Positions 49,701-63,806 of a DNA stretch of 64,000 nucleotides are shown here, piece by piece (the stretch's first letter is position 1; the number at the start of each line of letters is the position of its first letter). The stretch is taken from positions 1 to 64,000 of the forward strand of contig NW_026927731.1 of assembly GCF_032062105.1 (NCBI RefSeq), in the 5' to 3' direction. Origin of the DNA: Saccostrea cucullata (lineage: Eukaryota). Below the pieces are notes generated by a model. The model was not told where the DNA came from and did no database searches. It saw only the letters and a program-made list of their open reading frames with translations. The position numbers were made by a program, and so were the translations under genes.

Positions 49701-52700
49701 CATCCGCTCTCCCAAAATTTGATCAAATATTGATCATTTCTTTTTCATACAGTAAAGTTTTCTTTAACAATGTTTAGCAAGGGTCAACTAGTATCCTTAC
49801 GCTTTCTTAGATAATGACACTTTTTTCTCTGTCCCCTGTTTATTTTGGATTGTTAATTAAACATTGCACATGTTTATATCTAAAAAATGTGACAATGGAC
49901 TCTGTAGTTGGAGTGTGTGTCCAACTCAAGATGTTTATTCAGTGATTTACTTAAATACAAGTCTTTAATGCCATTTAACAGCCCACTCATACACAACATG
50001 CTGTTCCTCTCGCTTTCATTGTCCTGACAATTAGCTCACACTGTGCTGTGTTGTTTTACCAATTATTATTTGGGATAATTACACACCTGTTCAGGTGATA
50101 GGTTTACTTAGGACCAATCTGTTTCAATGTATGAAAGTCTTTGATGTCTTTTTTGGTCAAACAATTATCCTTATGGTCTTAAAGTCTTATGGTGCTTAAC
50201 TGTTAATTAGTAAAACACTACATCAGTTATACTAAGTTAATTGATATTAACACAGTTACACAAATAAACAAAAAATCTCAGCAAATTTTTAATGTGTCCT
50301 TAAAGTGTAACACTTTGGAAAAATGTATGATACATGATATATGTATTTCCCCCTAAACCTTGATCTGTTGACTTCAAATATTATCTGAATATTAATGAAG
50401 TAAATTGTTAGCAACATCTGCAACCATGCACATAAAAAATTCTGTATATTTGTACATATAAAGTCTATACTTTGTATATTAAACCTGTTCGCTTTTTGTA
50501 TTTTTTGAATATAAACAAATAACATACTGTATGTAAGTTGGAATGAAAAAAATATGGCTTTTGAGGTCATTTTGGTGAAAAATGTTCACTGAAGATTTTT
50601 TAAAATGAAATATTTATAAAGAATTAACATTTTGAATGAAAGGTAATGTGAAAAAGCTTTCACCTACAGAGTTGATATATTTCTTCTGTCAATAAACACG
50701 ACTGTCTATAGTGAGGGTGAATTATCGGAGCTGTATGGTGCCTGTGACTAATTAACTCTACATTAACGTGGTGGGGCACGGCACTGACCATCTTAACGGT
50801 GCCTAGGTAAACTTAATCGCCCCCGTGCCAGGTAAGTTCCGCAGTCGTTGATACCCTGACCATTATCATAGCCATGTCAATACCTCAAAGATACAGCTCA
50901 TAGATACTATTATAATACAAATCTACCCCAAACCTGGCACAAGGATTAGTGCCGTACTCGAGGATTACTCGACCTCTTTCAAATGAAATGTCATTAAATG
51001 ATAAAATCTCGATTTTCTGTGGTGAGAGGGCTGATGAAGAAGTATCAAAACCTTCAGTGAGAACGTGTAAAGGATTATAGCCAGGTTTTAAAATTTTAAT
51101 TTTTCAATGAAGGGGTTTTAAAATACAATTTAACACCTATCATTAGATTATTAAAGAACTAAAAACCTTGAATTTGATGAAAAATTAGAAATAGCAATAT
51201 GCTTTCAAGAAATTTAAATCCAAAATCTTGCATTAATATCCCATCACGTACCAGAGAATTGAATATCAATGCCGATGCTTTGAATATCAAGTAATAACCT
51301 GGGTGAAGCCCGGTCTATCTGCTATGACAGTCATTTATTATATTCTAAATATCAGTTCCACCTAATTCCTGTGATATGTGTAAATACATCCTATTACTAG
51401 CTTTACCTAAAGTCAATAAGAAAGTCCCGACAGAGAGAATAATTCCTGAATCTCAGCCCGGCAATCTCCAGAACAGTCCAAATGTCCAGTATCACAAACA
51501 CCAGCGATCAATTTCAGTTTATCTCATTACCTGATATCGTATCCACCATTTGGGCTTTTAAGAAGAAAAACACCTTTTCAGAGCTAGTATCCTAATCTGT
51601 TTGTCCACATATTATAAATGCACTCTCAGATCTGGGAGCCTGTCAGTAAGTGTAAGCATTGCGATGATTTGGTCTGTTTTGGGGGATTATGAAGCAGAGA
51701 TTACAGTATTTGCAGAAGTTTTCTGATCAAGGGAGCAATCATAATCTTACTTTTGAAAGCACGGGGTTTAATCCATGTTTGTAATCCACCGACAAGAGGG
51801 TTAAAACAAAATGTTCAAATTGTGGTCTGTTTTAATCCAGTTCTGAGTTGAATGGCACAGGTTTCCTCATTGGGCTTACCTCAAATTCAGTACAAGTATT
51901 GTCATCAATTTAAAAAAATATAAAATGACAGATTGAAGGGGGTTGAGTCATTGATCTACCATAAGTATCTTAATTTGAAGGAGAATTACAGATGATTGAA
52001 TGGTCAAAAATGAATTATGAACCCGAAAATATGAATTTACTTAGGGAAAAAACATAATGCACAACGAATTCCTGTCTGCTTACTTAGATCTATGAGAGAC
52101 TTTCAAGATCTCTGGAGCAATGAAAATTGATATGAAGCTTGTTTGAAGTAATGATATGTGTATTTAAATATTTAACTCTTTAAAAAAGTAAAATTACTTT
52201 CTCTAATATATCAATTATAATGAAATTTGCACACTTAAAATCACGACACATTACGATGACTGCCATGATAACACAGTGATTAAATTGTCAGCCATTTCCA
52301 AAAAAAGACATAATTTCATTTCTGATAAAGATCTGCAAATTTTAAATCAAGTGAAAAAAAAACATTAAATTCCATTGCAAAGATAATCATCAAACTTATG
52401 GTTCCAGTCGTTGGGGAAGCTAACATGCAAGTTTAAATCCACTGCACGAGGGGCCATGTCATCTATATATGGCAAAATGTAACAGATTGGCACCATAGAA
52501 ATATCACGAAGATCTCCATGGTCTATATTTTCATGGTCTCAGCTTTTTGAATTCTTTGATTTTTCATTTCTTGACAGTTGGAATGTGGATGGAAAAGTGT
52601 CAAATGGAAAAGTGTTTTTCGATAACAATTTCAATTACATTGATATAATTGACTGACTTATAAATCCAGGGCCAATAAAATGGATTGCATGAGCAAGGGC

Positions 52701-55700
52701 CATTAAAACCATTTCTATTGACATGACTACTTTTACCTTTATTTATTGATGTCCATGCAAGTCAAGCAAATTAAGATCGAAATTACTAAGAAAAATCGCA
52801 TACAAGCAAGAAACTGAATTGAAGATTGTTGCAAGTCGATGCTTGGCAGGCTGTGTTAGTCCATAGACTAAACATTTGTTATTTTATTGCATTTCCTGTC
52901 AGAAGTAAAGAGAAAAACTTCCATTTACAACATTTACCCTGTCAAGACCAACTTTTTGATACATTTCCCTCTCACACCATCAACAATGGGAACTGCAATT
53001 TTGCTTAAATTAATTTTTGTTTATTCCTACATGGAATTCAAGTTACCCTCATAAATGTAGGTTTCATGTTTCCCAAAGTCAAGCAAAATAAGTGACAATT
53101 TCAAATGGCACATAGAATTTATGTTCCAAGTTATCACACCTTCAGATCTGAAACCAGTAATTGTCTACTTTAAAGAAAAATAAAACCTATATCCTTTGAT
53201 GCTGGTCAAATCAGAACTAGTAAGCCATGTTTGATTTTCTTCCCAGAGAGAAAAATAAAAAGATGGTCATTTCTCAACTTGACAAAAAAATAGTCGCACA
53301 ACGCAAATCAATTTTAGACTTTCAGCCAGGTATGAAGGGACATGTCAATTTGATGTATGTTTTGTGGCTCAATCATCTTTGATAAAAGTTTGCTCGGTCA
53401 GCTCGAAATATTTCTAATTTCCAGAAAATTATGAGAGGTGTTGAAGCATAGAGGACCGTATGAAAATGTTGAAAGGTCCGAGAAAAATGGGCTTCCTTCA
53501 TAATGATTTGCTTGGTTAGGCACAATTTTTATCATGCTGGTCCAATATTAAGAGCTTTAAGAAAGCAGTGAGTTGGCTAGAATTTATAAAATAACATGGT
53601 ATTTTCCCCTAACAAAAAGAGAAAAATTGGGTGAAAAAAGTATACTTCTTTGAAATGAAGACCTTGCATACATCTGTTAAACAGAGCTTAAAATTGATCA
53701 AACTATGACGTGTTTATCATATCTTTCTTTGTCTAAACATGACACTTTTCTTTTGATAAGATATTTTAATTTGTAAAGTTACATTTTTCTTAATTTAAAG
53801 CTTTCACCCTAAGACACCTTGCGTGTTTAAAATCTAACCTTTCTTTGTTTGAGCCCCTAGAGATGTATCATACACCTTGATGTGCAGGTAAAACACAGTT
53901 AAATATTATATCACAACGTTTGTTACAGGCACTGACATCTCTCTCATCCATTTCAAAACAAAATTTGTGCCCATAAATGTCTTGTTAACACATAAAAGAA
54001 AATGTAAATGTCTTATCATCATGTTATTGTTTCAAGGAGAAGAAAAAATATTTTTCCAAAAAATTCTAAATGTCACACAAGGGTATTTTTAAACACTTAA
54101 CAAAAAAGGAGATGTTTTATTAAGATAAATGAAGAGAAAGACACATAAAAGACAGTCAAAATGAAAAGCTTTGAAAAACAGCAAAAAGCCTACTATTTTT
54201 TAAACAAAGAGATGAGTTTGGCACAATGAGGAAAAAAAGTCTCGTTGGCCTCTTATTGAAAAGAAATGTTCTGGTTTTGATAGACAATGAACAAATTTAC
54301 ACAGTAACCTAGCTTGCAAACTAAAAATCGTAAAACAAAGTGAATGGAAATTCTACAAGAATACTGCACTTGTTCTGTATTTTTCTAAAACATAGCATAA
54401 AACAATGAAAATTACACCACTGATTTCGGTACACACAAACATCTGCGAGATTAGATGGGATTCTGATAGATTTGAGAACAATTCAGGCAAGTGACCTGTT
54501 AGATTTAGATAACAGTTTAAACTCGACCAGGGACAAATTAAATGTTCAATATTTCGATTTTGAACTCTGGGATACGGGGGAACCTTGGAGTATTTCAATG
54601 TTCTTCTTTCTTTGTTAAAGAGGCCATGTTCTACAAGTGTGTCCATTCCAAGCTTCTGTCCCAGTAGCTCCTCAATGCCTGCAATGTCCCCTTCATTCCA
54701 GATACATTTTTTAATCATCAGGCAACTCACTGTGAGCGAGATCTTCAATGGCCGATGTTATCCCAGTAAGACGCAAGGTTAAAAATTGATTATTTACACC
54801 TGTCACCTTTTTATCAAAACAAATGATAGCTGGATTTAGATTTAACATGATCTGAGGAAAAAATATGCCACTTAATGAGTTGAATTGTTGGATATTGTCC
54901 CATAGTGAAGTGAAAATCTCCACTTAAATATGCCAGACCCCCTTGATCGTGTTAGTCTTTTCAGCGCAATAGCTCAAAGTTTATCACTGAGTACACTTCA
55001 GTTACATACACTTGAAAAAAATTTCATTATTTTCAAACTCAGTTGTCTTCAAGACAGGTCATATGTAATGAAATTAAATGGATTTTTTTTTTTTCAAATG
55101 TTTGTTAAAATTTTATTGTACTTAGTTCTTGCTCAATGTAAATTGCCTTGTCCAAATCCAAAGTTTTCTTTGATATTTAAAGTCAAGCAATTATTTATTT
55201 AGACACAAATTTTCAATTTCATGGAAAAATAAATTTAATGAAAGTGTAAAAAAAATCATTGCATAATGATGGTCAGCACCTAAAGGCTTAATATTAAAAC
55301 TGAGTCAATTAAACATCCTCTGTTAATGACAGGAGTTATGTCTTACTAAAAATTTGAACAAAATTTATCAGAAAAATTCATCAAAAAGCCAAGCATTTCA
55401 CTGTAAACATGTATAAAGTGAAAAATTTGGCACTGACAAGCTAATGCCATTAGAATGTAGGCCAGTGAAGGAAGAACGGAGTGGCGGGTGGCTGGGGGAT
55501 ATTTTTCTACACATCAGATAGGTATTCCGAGATATTTATCTACCCCACACTTCACCAAACACTGATTGAACTTGGATAACAGCCTGGGACGGTGGGGCTA
55601 TAGGTTCTATTTCTCTCTGTCTCTCTGTCAATAGAACCTAATCATGGTCCCCTTACTCCATCATTTTATTACATAAGCTTTTTATCACGGGTAGATAGAA

Positions 55701-58700
55701 ATGTACCCATCCATTAAAATATGCTTTGTGGTTGTAGGTCTTACACAATCTGTGTTTTTAAAAGGTTGTAATGTTATCTGGGTGACACATTAGAGTAAAT
55801 TGTTACATTAACAGTACATGATGAGTGATAATGTACCAGATTAATATTGACTAACCTCAAGCTGGACAGGTTCATTTTTTCTTTTGCATATTTAAAAAAA
55901 AATTCAAATGAAAGTGGTTGTTAAAATTTGCTACATTGATATCATTTACAGCTGGAAATAAGATAAATTTACAAAATGATAACTTATATAGTTAAATATC
56001 ATAAGAAAATTATTTCACAATATTTAAGAATGCACTCCTTAAAGGCTTGTGCAGGGATTTATTTTTTTAAGTACAAGTACTGGTACTTATATTGCAAATC
56101 TCTAAAGATATTAGAACTTTTATATAAAAAAAAATAGAAATAATAAGACTTTTTCTTAAAAATTACTTTTACAAATGTTTAATTAAATGTTTGATTGAAA
56201 ATTATTAAGATTTAAAGAACAATGAGCATTATATACATTTAGTAGAAAATCCTAAATGAGATTTATTTTTAGGATATTTTCTCTAAGGTTTAATATGAAA
56301 CTAAAAAATATTTCACCCGATTATGTGAATGGTCAGGAACATTCCGAGTTTTATTTCTTACATTAGCGAGTTGTTAATTATCCATAAATTCTGACCAGAA
56401 CAAGAAGACGGCCATCAAATGAAACTTAGGTCAATTACCATTTATTAAAAATGTTTGGCCACGGGAGATGATTTTCACAGATAGACGTAAATGGAAAAAT
56501 GGCATAAAAAGCCCAGGTGACCTCAACCAAAGAAACTTACTCCGGAGTCAAATGACTTCAATCAAAATACCTAGTGACCTAAACAGAGCTTTGACTAATG
56601 TTAAAATAACTGTTCATCATTTGAAAGGTTTAGTTCGATATCTATAAGAAAAATCAGCCCATTAAGAAGCAGTAGAAATTCTGGAGATACTGTTAGCTGT
56701 AGTATAACTGACATATATAGGCTTACCTTTGGCTCTGATCTTCAGGTGTCAATTTGTGGATTAAATAAAACTCAGATGATCCCCGTCATCAGATATCCTA
56801 CAAAAACATAAAATTAACTCAGTCACACACGAAAAAAAAAATGTTACAGGAGCATGGCTAATTGAGGAAAAATAGAAAGGTGAAGATAAACAAAGGTCTG
56901 CACCTGTATATTACAATACTCACTGATCCAATGATTGACACATAAAACCTACCGAGTCAGCCAATTATATGGGACGATACCGCTGACTCTTAACGCTATA
57001 TACACTGCCGCCAAACAAGAGAGGGGAAAAAATCTAACCCTGGATTTTTATATTTTCTGTCTCCTAAGCCCACCTTTTTATATCATAAATGTACAGCAAA
57101 GTAGACCTCATATTTTTCCTTTTAATTTGGGAAGCAAATTCTTGTGCCTGTGTGTGTGTTCAATGTTTTGTAAATAGAGGCTTTGAATGAAATCATAATA
57201 GAACTGACAGGAAATTGGTAGGTTTGTCCGTCTTTTCCGACCGTTCTGTTTGTCTAGCTCTTGTGTCGAACTTCCTTTGGAAACAAAAAATGTTACATTG
57301 AATGGGACCATCCACTTTCATCATCTTCTATAATGACTATTGTTTGGTCTACATAATGACAAAACTTACAAAGTAAAATTGTTTAGATTCTTATATAAAG
57401 GTCCCATAGAATAAATAAATCATTTTACAAGTATTTAAGAAAACTTTCATCTATGACAGAATTTGAACTGTTCCCTTGATCACAGCATGGTCTGGCTCCA
57501 TTCTCTAATTTCAAAACTCTTCTATAATTTGAAGGACATCATAAAAATAATTCAAAATAATGATCCATTTTGTGGGGAGGTCAGTTTTGATAAAAAAAAT
57601 CAAATGAACTTACATGTTCAAACATTGATAGAAAATTAATGGAGTCGTCTGATGACTGGTTGCTGACTAATGAACTTTAAATGACTTTCTTTATTTGCAT
57701 TGGTTCACCCTAAAATTTTTTCTCCATTTTCACCTGAGTAATGACTTCTATAAATTACTTTCTCACTTATCGAGAACTTATCAAAGATTTTTATCTTGAT
57801 GTTTGTCAATGAAATATGTACCGTATCTCATGACCATCAATAAAGGAAAAGCAGAGCATTATGGTCCATTAGAATATGTACAATTAGCCTTCCATCTCAA
57901 TTTGATATTTCATAACTATGTTTATATAAAAAGTAATTACTCCAGCGGCACTTGTTACCTATCAAAGTTGATTAAAAATGTGACACATCTAAAAGAAAAA
58001 AATCATCACCTTTCCTGTAAAGTAATATTTATGTGCACAATTTGAATTTTACAGGGTGCTAAACATATTTGATCTTTTTTTCAACACTTCAAATAAGCAT
58101 TAGTGACCCATACACATCCTTAATATTCCCCAAATCCCATCTGGGGTTCTATTACAAAAAATCATTTGGGCAGAAAAAATATTTAAAACAAATTCCTCAG
58201 TAACTTTTAGACCTGTGTCTTCTTATGCCAAATTAATACAGAAGTTGGGTCGGGACTGGGGTACAAGAATTCACGTCTGAGGATGATCGATACCACAGCT
58301 GTCAACGACAATTGTCAACAGTCTGCATGATTAGCTTCAGCGTCAGCTCATTTGTCAGCGATTAGCTCTGAACGATTTCCCCGACAAGAACCTCCAATTC
58401 ATGTCCCCTAATTTGAATAAAAAATCAAAATGTAACATTTTAAATGTTTCAGATTTATAAAAGGAAAGAATCATTGTGGTTTCCGACAATCCAATATTGC
58501 CAACTTCCAAAAAAAAAAAACCAAGAAACATCTGCATTCTAAACAGTAAAGGAAACAAGAAAAAAACTTTCTTAGTTCCTTTACTAAACCATATCATTTT
58601 ACCAGGTAACTCATGCAGTTGCTGACAATATTCATGTTTTCCTAATCAAGGTATTTCATCTACAAGCGAAATTCAACTTTTTAATTAAGCAATGAATTCT

Positions 58701-59769
58701 GTTTTTATAAAGAGGAATTATCACAACTACAACACTGTGTGCAAACAACTAAATGATTTTTATTTTTGTAATCTGTAATTGCAAAGTCCATATATATATC
58801 TGAAATCCATGTGTCACAGTTTAGAGTTTTGGAATCTTTCCTATAAAGCTGACTGCTCTAAAAGGCAAAGGTTTGGGAAGCGTTTGAATCACCATCCTTG
58901 TGGTTTATGTTTTAGGGGGACGACTTAGCAAGACTAACACATCAAACCAGCGGGAACTATAGGATCACCCTAATCACCCAGAAAACCAATCTGATTATGT
59001 GCTCAAATACTTAAGATCAGACAATGATATGGCAAATCCATTAACAAAACATTAAATAATGTCTTCCAAGTACACAGTCATTGCCAAGTATTGAAACGGC
59101 AAATGAAAAGACTTTTTCTCAACTGTATGCAAATAAATCTTTGTCCATTTAGGAGCACTTGCATTAAATTTTTTTCACAATACCATTCAAATCCGCATGA
59201 TACAGCCAATACTTCTTGTTGGGGGATTACTTCAGTTAATTTTTTTTTTCAAAAAATTCAACAGTTCTTAATCAGATTTTAAATTAAATCTGTTTACGTG
59301 AAATGAGATTTAAAAATCTTTACAGTTTCACAACAAAAGATTTTCCCTCACTTACAATTTCATGTGTTTTTAGTTTAAGAAAAGAAAGTGTTTGAGTTCT
59401 TTGTTGAATGTTGATTCAAAATGCAAGATATCACGGGGTAATTTCTGTCAGAGATTTGACAAGTTGACCCTAGAACGGTTATTTGTAAAATCGACCTTTT
59501 AAGTCTAAACCTCTTTGTCCTTGGGTTAATTGCTCAGCTACTGTATTTTGGATATCAGGACTCACATCTCAAAAAAGCAATAGACTGGGTAGACCCTAGC
59601 TCACATATTTGTGAACATTTTAATTGATAAAAGCTATTAAACTGAATCCATTTGATGCTTCACTTTTTACCTTACTTATCAATGTTATCATGCATCTTCA
59701 TATGTCCCGGCCATGTGATCTAGACAGTTTTAAGCTATTTTGATACAATGAGTATCTCTCCATCAACTT

Positions 59770-61254
59770 AAACAAGAGGCCCATGGGCCTTATAGGTCAC
59801 CTGAGCATTATGCAACAACTTTCCAGTGATTAAACTTGATTCATGTTTTAAGCCAGATGCTATGGCATTCACAATTTTGAAAGAGGCACCATTGATCATC
59901 ATTACAATACACTTAGCAGTTGCTTAGTTTGTTTACTTAATACCCATACGCAGGGTGAGGGAACACAAAATGCATTTCAACTAATCAGTAATATTCAGCA
60001 ATAATCAGTAGTGCCCCTACCATACATGAACCCCTGACCCTTTGGCCTTGTTATTTAATTAATACCAAGGAGCAGATTTCAAACCATTCATTCATTTTCA
60101 GTATATAAGTACAGCCCCCCCCCCCCCTCTATGGTACCCCTGACCCTGGGGCCTTGAAATTCACAATTCTGTAAGATATGGGCCCTTGTCTATCATAACT
60201 ATATTCATCATAACTTTATTTGTAGTTCATCTGCTTAATACCCTGGAGCAGAGAAGAAAATTTTTAAAGATTTAATGTATTTTCACTATATAATCAATAG
60301 AGCCCCACCATAACACCAGAACCCCTGACCCTGGGGCTATAAAATTCACAATTATAGAAGAGGCATTCTTGCTCATCATAACTATGTACTTAGTTAGTTT
60401 ATTTATTTCCTAGGAGCAAAGGAGAAGATTTTCAAAGAATTCATATATTTTCACTATATAATCAATACAGTCCCACCCTAACCCCTGACCCTGGGGCCAT
60501 ATAATTCATTATTATGGTAGAGGCACTCTTGCTCATCATAACTATGCACTTAGTAAGTTTATTTAATACCCAGGAGGAGAATTGAAGATTTTCAAAGAAT
60601 TCATGTATTTTCACTATATAATCAATAGAGCCCCGCCCTAACACCAGAACCCCGACCCTGGGGCCAAAACATACACAATTATGGAAGAGGCATTCTTGCT
60701 CATCATAACTATACACTTAGTTAGCTTATTAAATACCCAGGATCAGAGAAGAAGATTTTCAAAGAATTCATGTATTTTCACTATATAATCTATAGAGCCC
60801 CCCCCCCCCCCCAACACCAGAACCCCTGACCCTGGGGCCAAAAAATACACAATTATGGAAGAGGCATTCTTGCTCATCATAACTATGTACTTAGTTAGTT
60901 TATTAAATACCCAGGAGCAGAGAAGAAGATTTTCAGAGAATTCACGTATTTTCACTATATAATCTATAGAGCCCCTCCCTAACACCAGAACCCCTGACCC
61001 TGGGGCCATAAAATTCACAATTTTGGTAGAGGCACTCTTGCTTATCATAACTATGTACTTAGTTAGTTTATTTGATACCCAGGGGCAGAGAAGAAGATTT
61101 TCAAAGAATTCATGTATTTTCACTATATAATCAATAGAGCCCCGCCCTAACACCAGAACCCCTGACCCTGGGGCCATAAAATTCACAATTTTGGTAGAGA
61201 CACTCTTGCTCATTATAACTATGTACTTAGTTGATTTATTTAATACCCAGGAGC

Positions 61255-61288
<34 letters not shown>

Positions 61289-61703
61289 CACTACCTAATT
61301 ATTTAGCCCCGCCCTAGCACTAGAACCCCGGACCCCAGGGCCATGAATTTCACAATTTTGGTAGAGGACTCATTGCTGATTACAATCATGCAAACAGTTT
61401 GACTGCTTGATGTCCAGGAGTAAAGAAGAAGATTTTTAAAGATTGCATTAATTTTAGTGGTTTTGGCCCCACCCCTCAGGCCCCAGGGGGGCAGGGATCA
61501 TGAAATTCACAATTTTTGTTCCCCTTCACCCATAGATGCTTTATGCCAAATTTGGTTGAAATTGGTTCAGTGGTTGCAGAGAAGAGGCTGAAAATGTTCA
61601 AATGTTAACGCACAACGTCGCACGACGCACAACGCACGACGCACGACGACGGACGAAAACGGATAGCAATAGGTCACCTGAGTTTACTCAGGTGACCTAA
61701 AAA
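59770..61703 (-). mobile_element. Helentron-associated non-autonomous element (HINE/DINE-1-like) with central satellite array
   Basis: Minus strand reads TTTTT-aggtcacctgag-taaa-ctcaggtgacct (subTIR plus inverted repeat, 61671-61698), then a (cgt/gcgt)-type microsatellite (61608-61655), a tandem array, subTIR ctcaggtgacct (59794-59805), 14-bp palindrome aggcccatgggcct (59777-59790) and a terminal T run. No TSD. Confidence 0.88.
59850..61540. repeat. ~168-bp tandem repeat array, about 10 monomers (Cg170-like oyster satellite, by size and context)
   Basis: cagagaagaagatttt recurs at 60918, 61086 and 61254 (period 168). acccctgaccctgggg variants at ~60030, 60137, 60321, 60481, 60650, 60822, 60990, 61158 and 61326. 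Edge monomers are degenerate. Confidence 0.93.
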
Positions 61704-63806
61704 TTAAACAAATCATGACAGATTGAGAAATTGTATACTATTTTCTCAAAACTTCTTCAGGCTTTTTTTTTAACATTCACAAGCTTACATCCTAATGAAA
61801 TAATAAAATTTTTCAATGATTAGTTTTTTTAACCACAAATGAAATTCACTACTGTACATGTACATGTATGTGGAAAATACCCATGTCTGTATGAGTTGAA
61901 GGAAATTGATTGAAAGTTTAAAATCTCAAAAACATCCAACTTCAATTAATTATTTTATGAACTTAAATCAAGAAGCTTTTTATTCTTTCAACATTCAAAG
62001 AGAATGACACTATAGCACCAACAGTAGGTGGACTATGACAGTTACTTTCTGCCGAGGACCCCAGTAGGTGGACAATGACTTATAGTACAGACTGTACAGG
62101 TGAGATCTTACTGTCACCTGTTGATGCTATCAGACGGGACCAAATACCAGGGGGGACTACGGACATATGGCCACTGTCTGCCCAACCAATCCCATTTATG
62201 TCTGCTGAAAACTGCATCAGCAGCTCTACCTCATTGTATAGAAATGTTTTAGAAGTAAGCTGCAGTGTAAAAAGGAAATTAAGGCCAATATTTTTCTGAA
62301 ATTAAGCTCTCTAATACAATTTTTTGGCAAGATGATCCATTTCAAATATAAAGACTAAATCTAAATAAAGATTTCACTAACTTAACATAAGACATAATCA
62401 GTATGATTACATTCTTAATATGCATTGTCTATGATGTACCAGGTAAATAAAGAGAAAAATGTGAGTATGATAGGGATCAACTCCTTCTTCATCTCAGAAT
62501 CTTAGGAATGTACCACTTCTTAGCTCACTCAATAGATAAGTCTCAGTTTCAAAATGCAGCACAAGACAATTTCAGTTAACTATCCTACATATGAAAATTA
62601 GTAAATTCAAATAATTTGAAAATGTTCATACCTGACGTGTATGAGAATGATATCCGTAAACCGATCAGCCGTGGTGAAAAGTCGACCAGGGGGCAGTATA
62701 GGTTACCTACCTGGTCACTTTACATTTAATTGGTTTAAATTGTCTCTTCTCAATTCCCCAGAAACTGCTTTGTTTACAATTGACCAACTAATGAAAGGGA
62801 CCTTTTGGGACAAGTAATGCCCGGTCAACCAACAGAGAAATATCCAATGGAGGGGGGATAAACCATGCATGTTAAGACTTATACCTTTATTGTCAGTTAC
62901 TATATAAAAGAAAATATCAATCTAGCAAAAAGAATAGACATTTTCCTGACACTTTTATTATTATTCACTGGATGTATGACTGGAAAAGACTGTATCAATT
63001 AAATTGTGTCAACAATGTTGATAGGTTTTTCGGGTAATTAAACCATTTCTATTAAAAATGTCTTATGCTACTGGAGAAAGGCGTCAATATATGTTTAATT
63101 ATGCCAGGGTGTCGAAGATGACAAGACAAAACTTAAAGCAAACAAGACTGTGTCCTGCTGGTAGAGACTACAAACTACCATTACCAAATGTATTGAGGAC
63201 CCTGAGACCCCAGAACAGTGTGAACAAAGTCAAGATTTCCTGCCAAATCTCACAGATTTTTAATACATCTTCAAAACCAGGCAGCAAACAATTACTCAGA
63301 CTAAACTGTAATTACATAAATTCTAACACCATTTTAATTGATAGGAAGTGATTTATGGATTTTCCTTACCTAGGAAAGCTTAAGTTCTCTGCTGTTAAAA
63401 TTTTATAAAGTGGAGTTTGAATGTACAATATGTCGGGGGCTTTCTGACATTGAGATCAAAGTACAGAATAGAAAAAGCCGGCCAAAATAAATTGTTTTGT
63501 TGCATGCTAATCTTCTTCTCAAAAGTCAAAATCTTAGCAAATACCAGTTTTCCGTGATCAATAATACAACTTACCAGAAACACTAATCCCTCTACCTGCC
63601 TGGCCAATCCCAAGACACTGAAATCTAACAAACTACCTTATCAAATCCCAAAGTTACAGAGCTGTGATAGAGTCCCACTTACAGAAGACACATTTTCCTT
63701 TTTGGACTATTGAATATAATTTATGGTATGACCCCCCCCCCCTCCCCCCGCCGCAAAAAAATTATACAAATGTGAGACAGTTTCTTAATACCAGTGCTGT
63801 ATGTAC

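Noticed and set aside
9000-59000. Many TGACAG/CTGTCA, CAGGTG and TAATTA hexamers in the introns, and the remaining 60-130 aa ORFs
   Set aside because: Enrichment cannot be shown without computation. The short ORFs are F/L/I/K-rich, lack domains and match random AT-rich expectation.
60462-61291. Repetitive ORFs 60743-61291 and 60462-60716
   Set aside because: Translation of the 168-bp satellite, whose length is divisible by 3; no evidence of a real protein.
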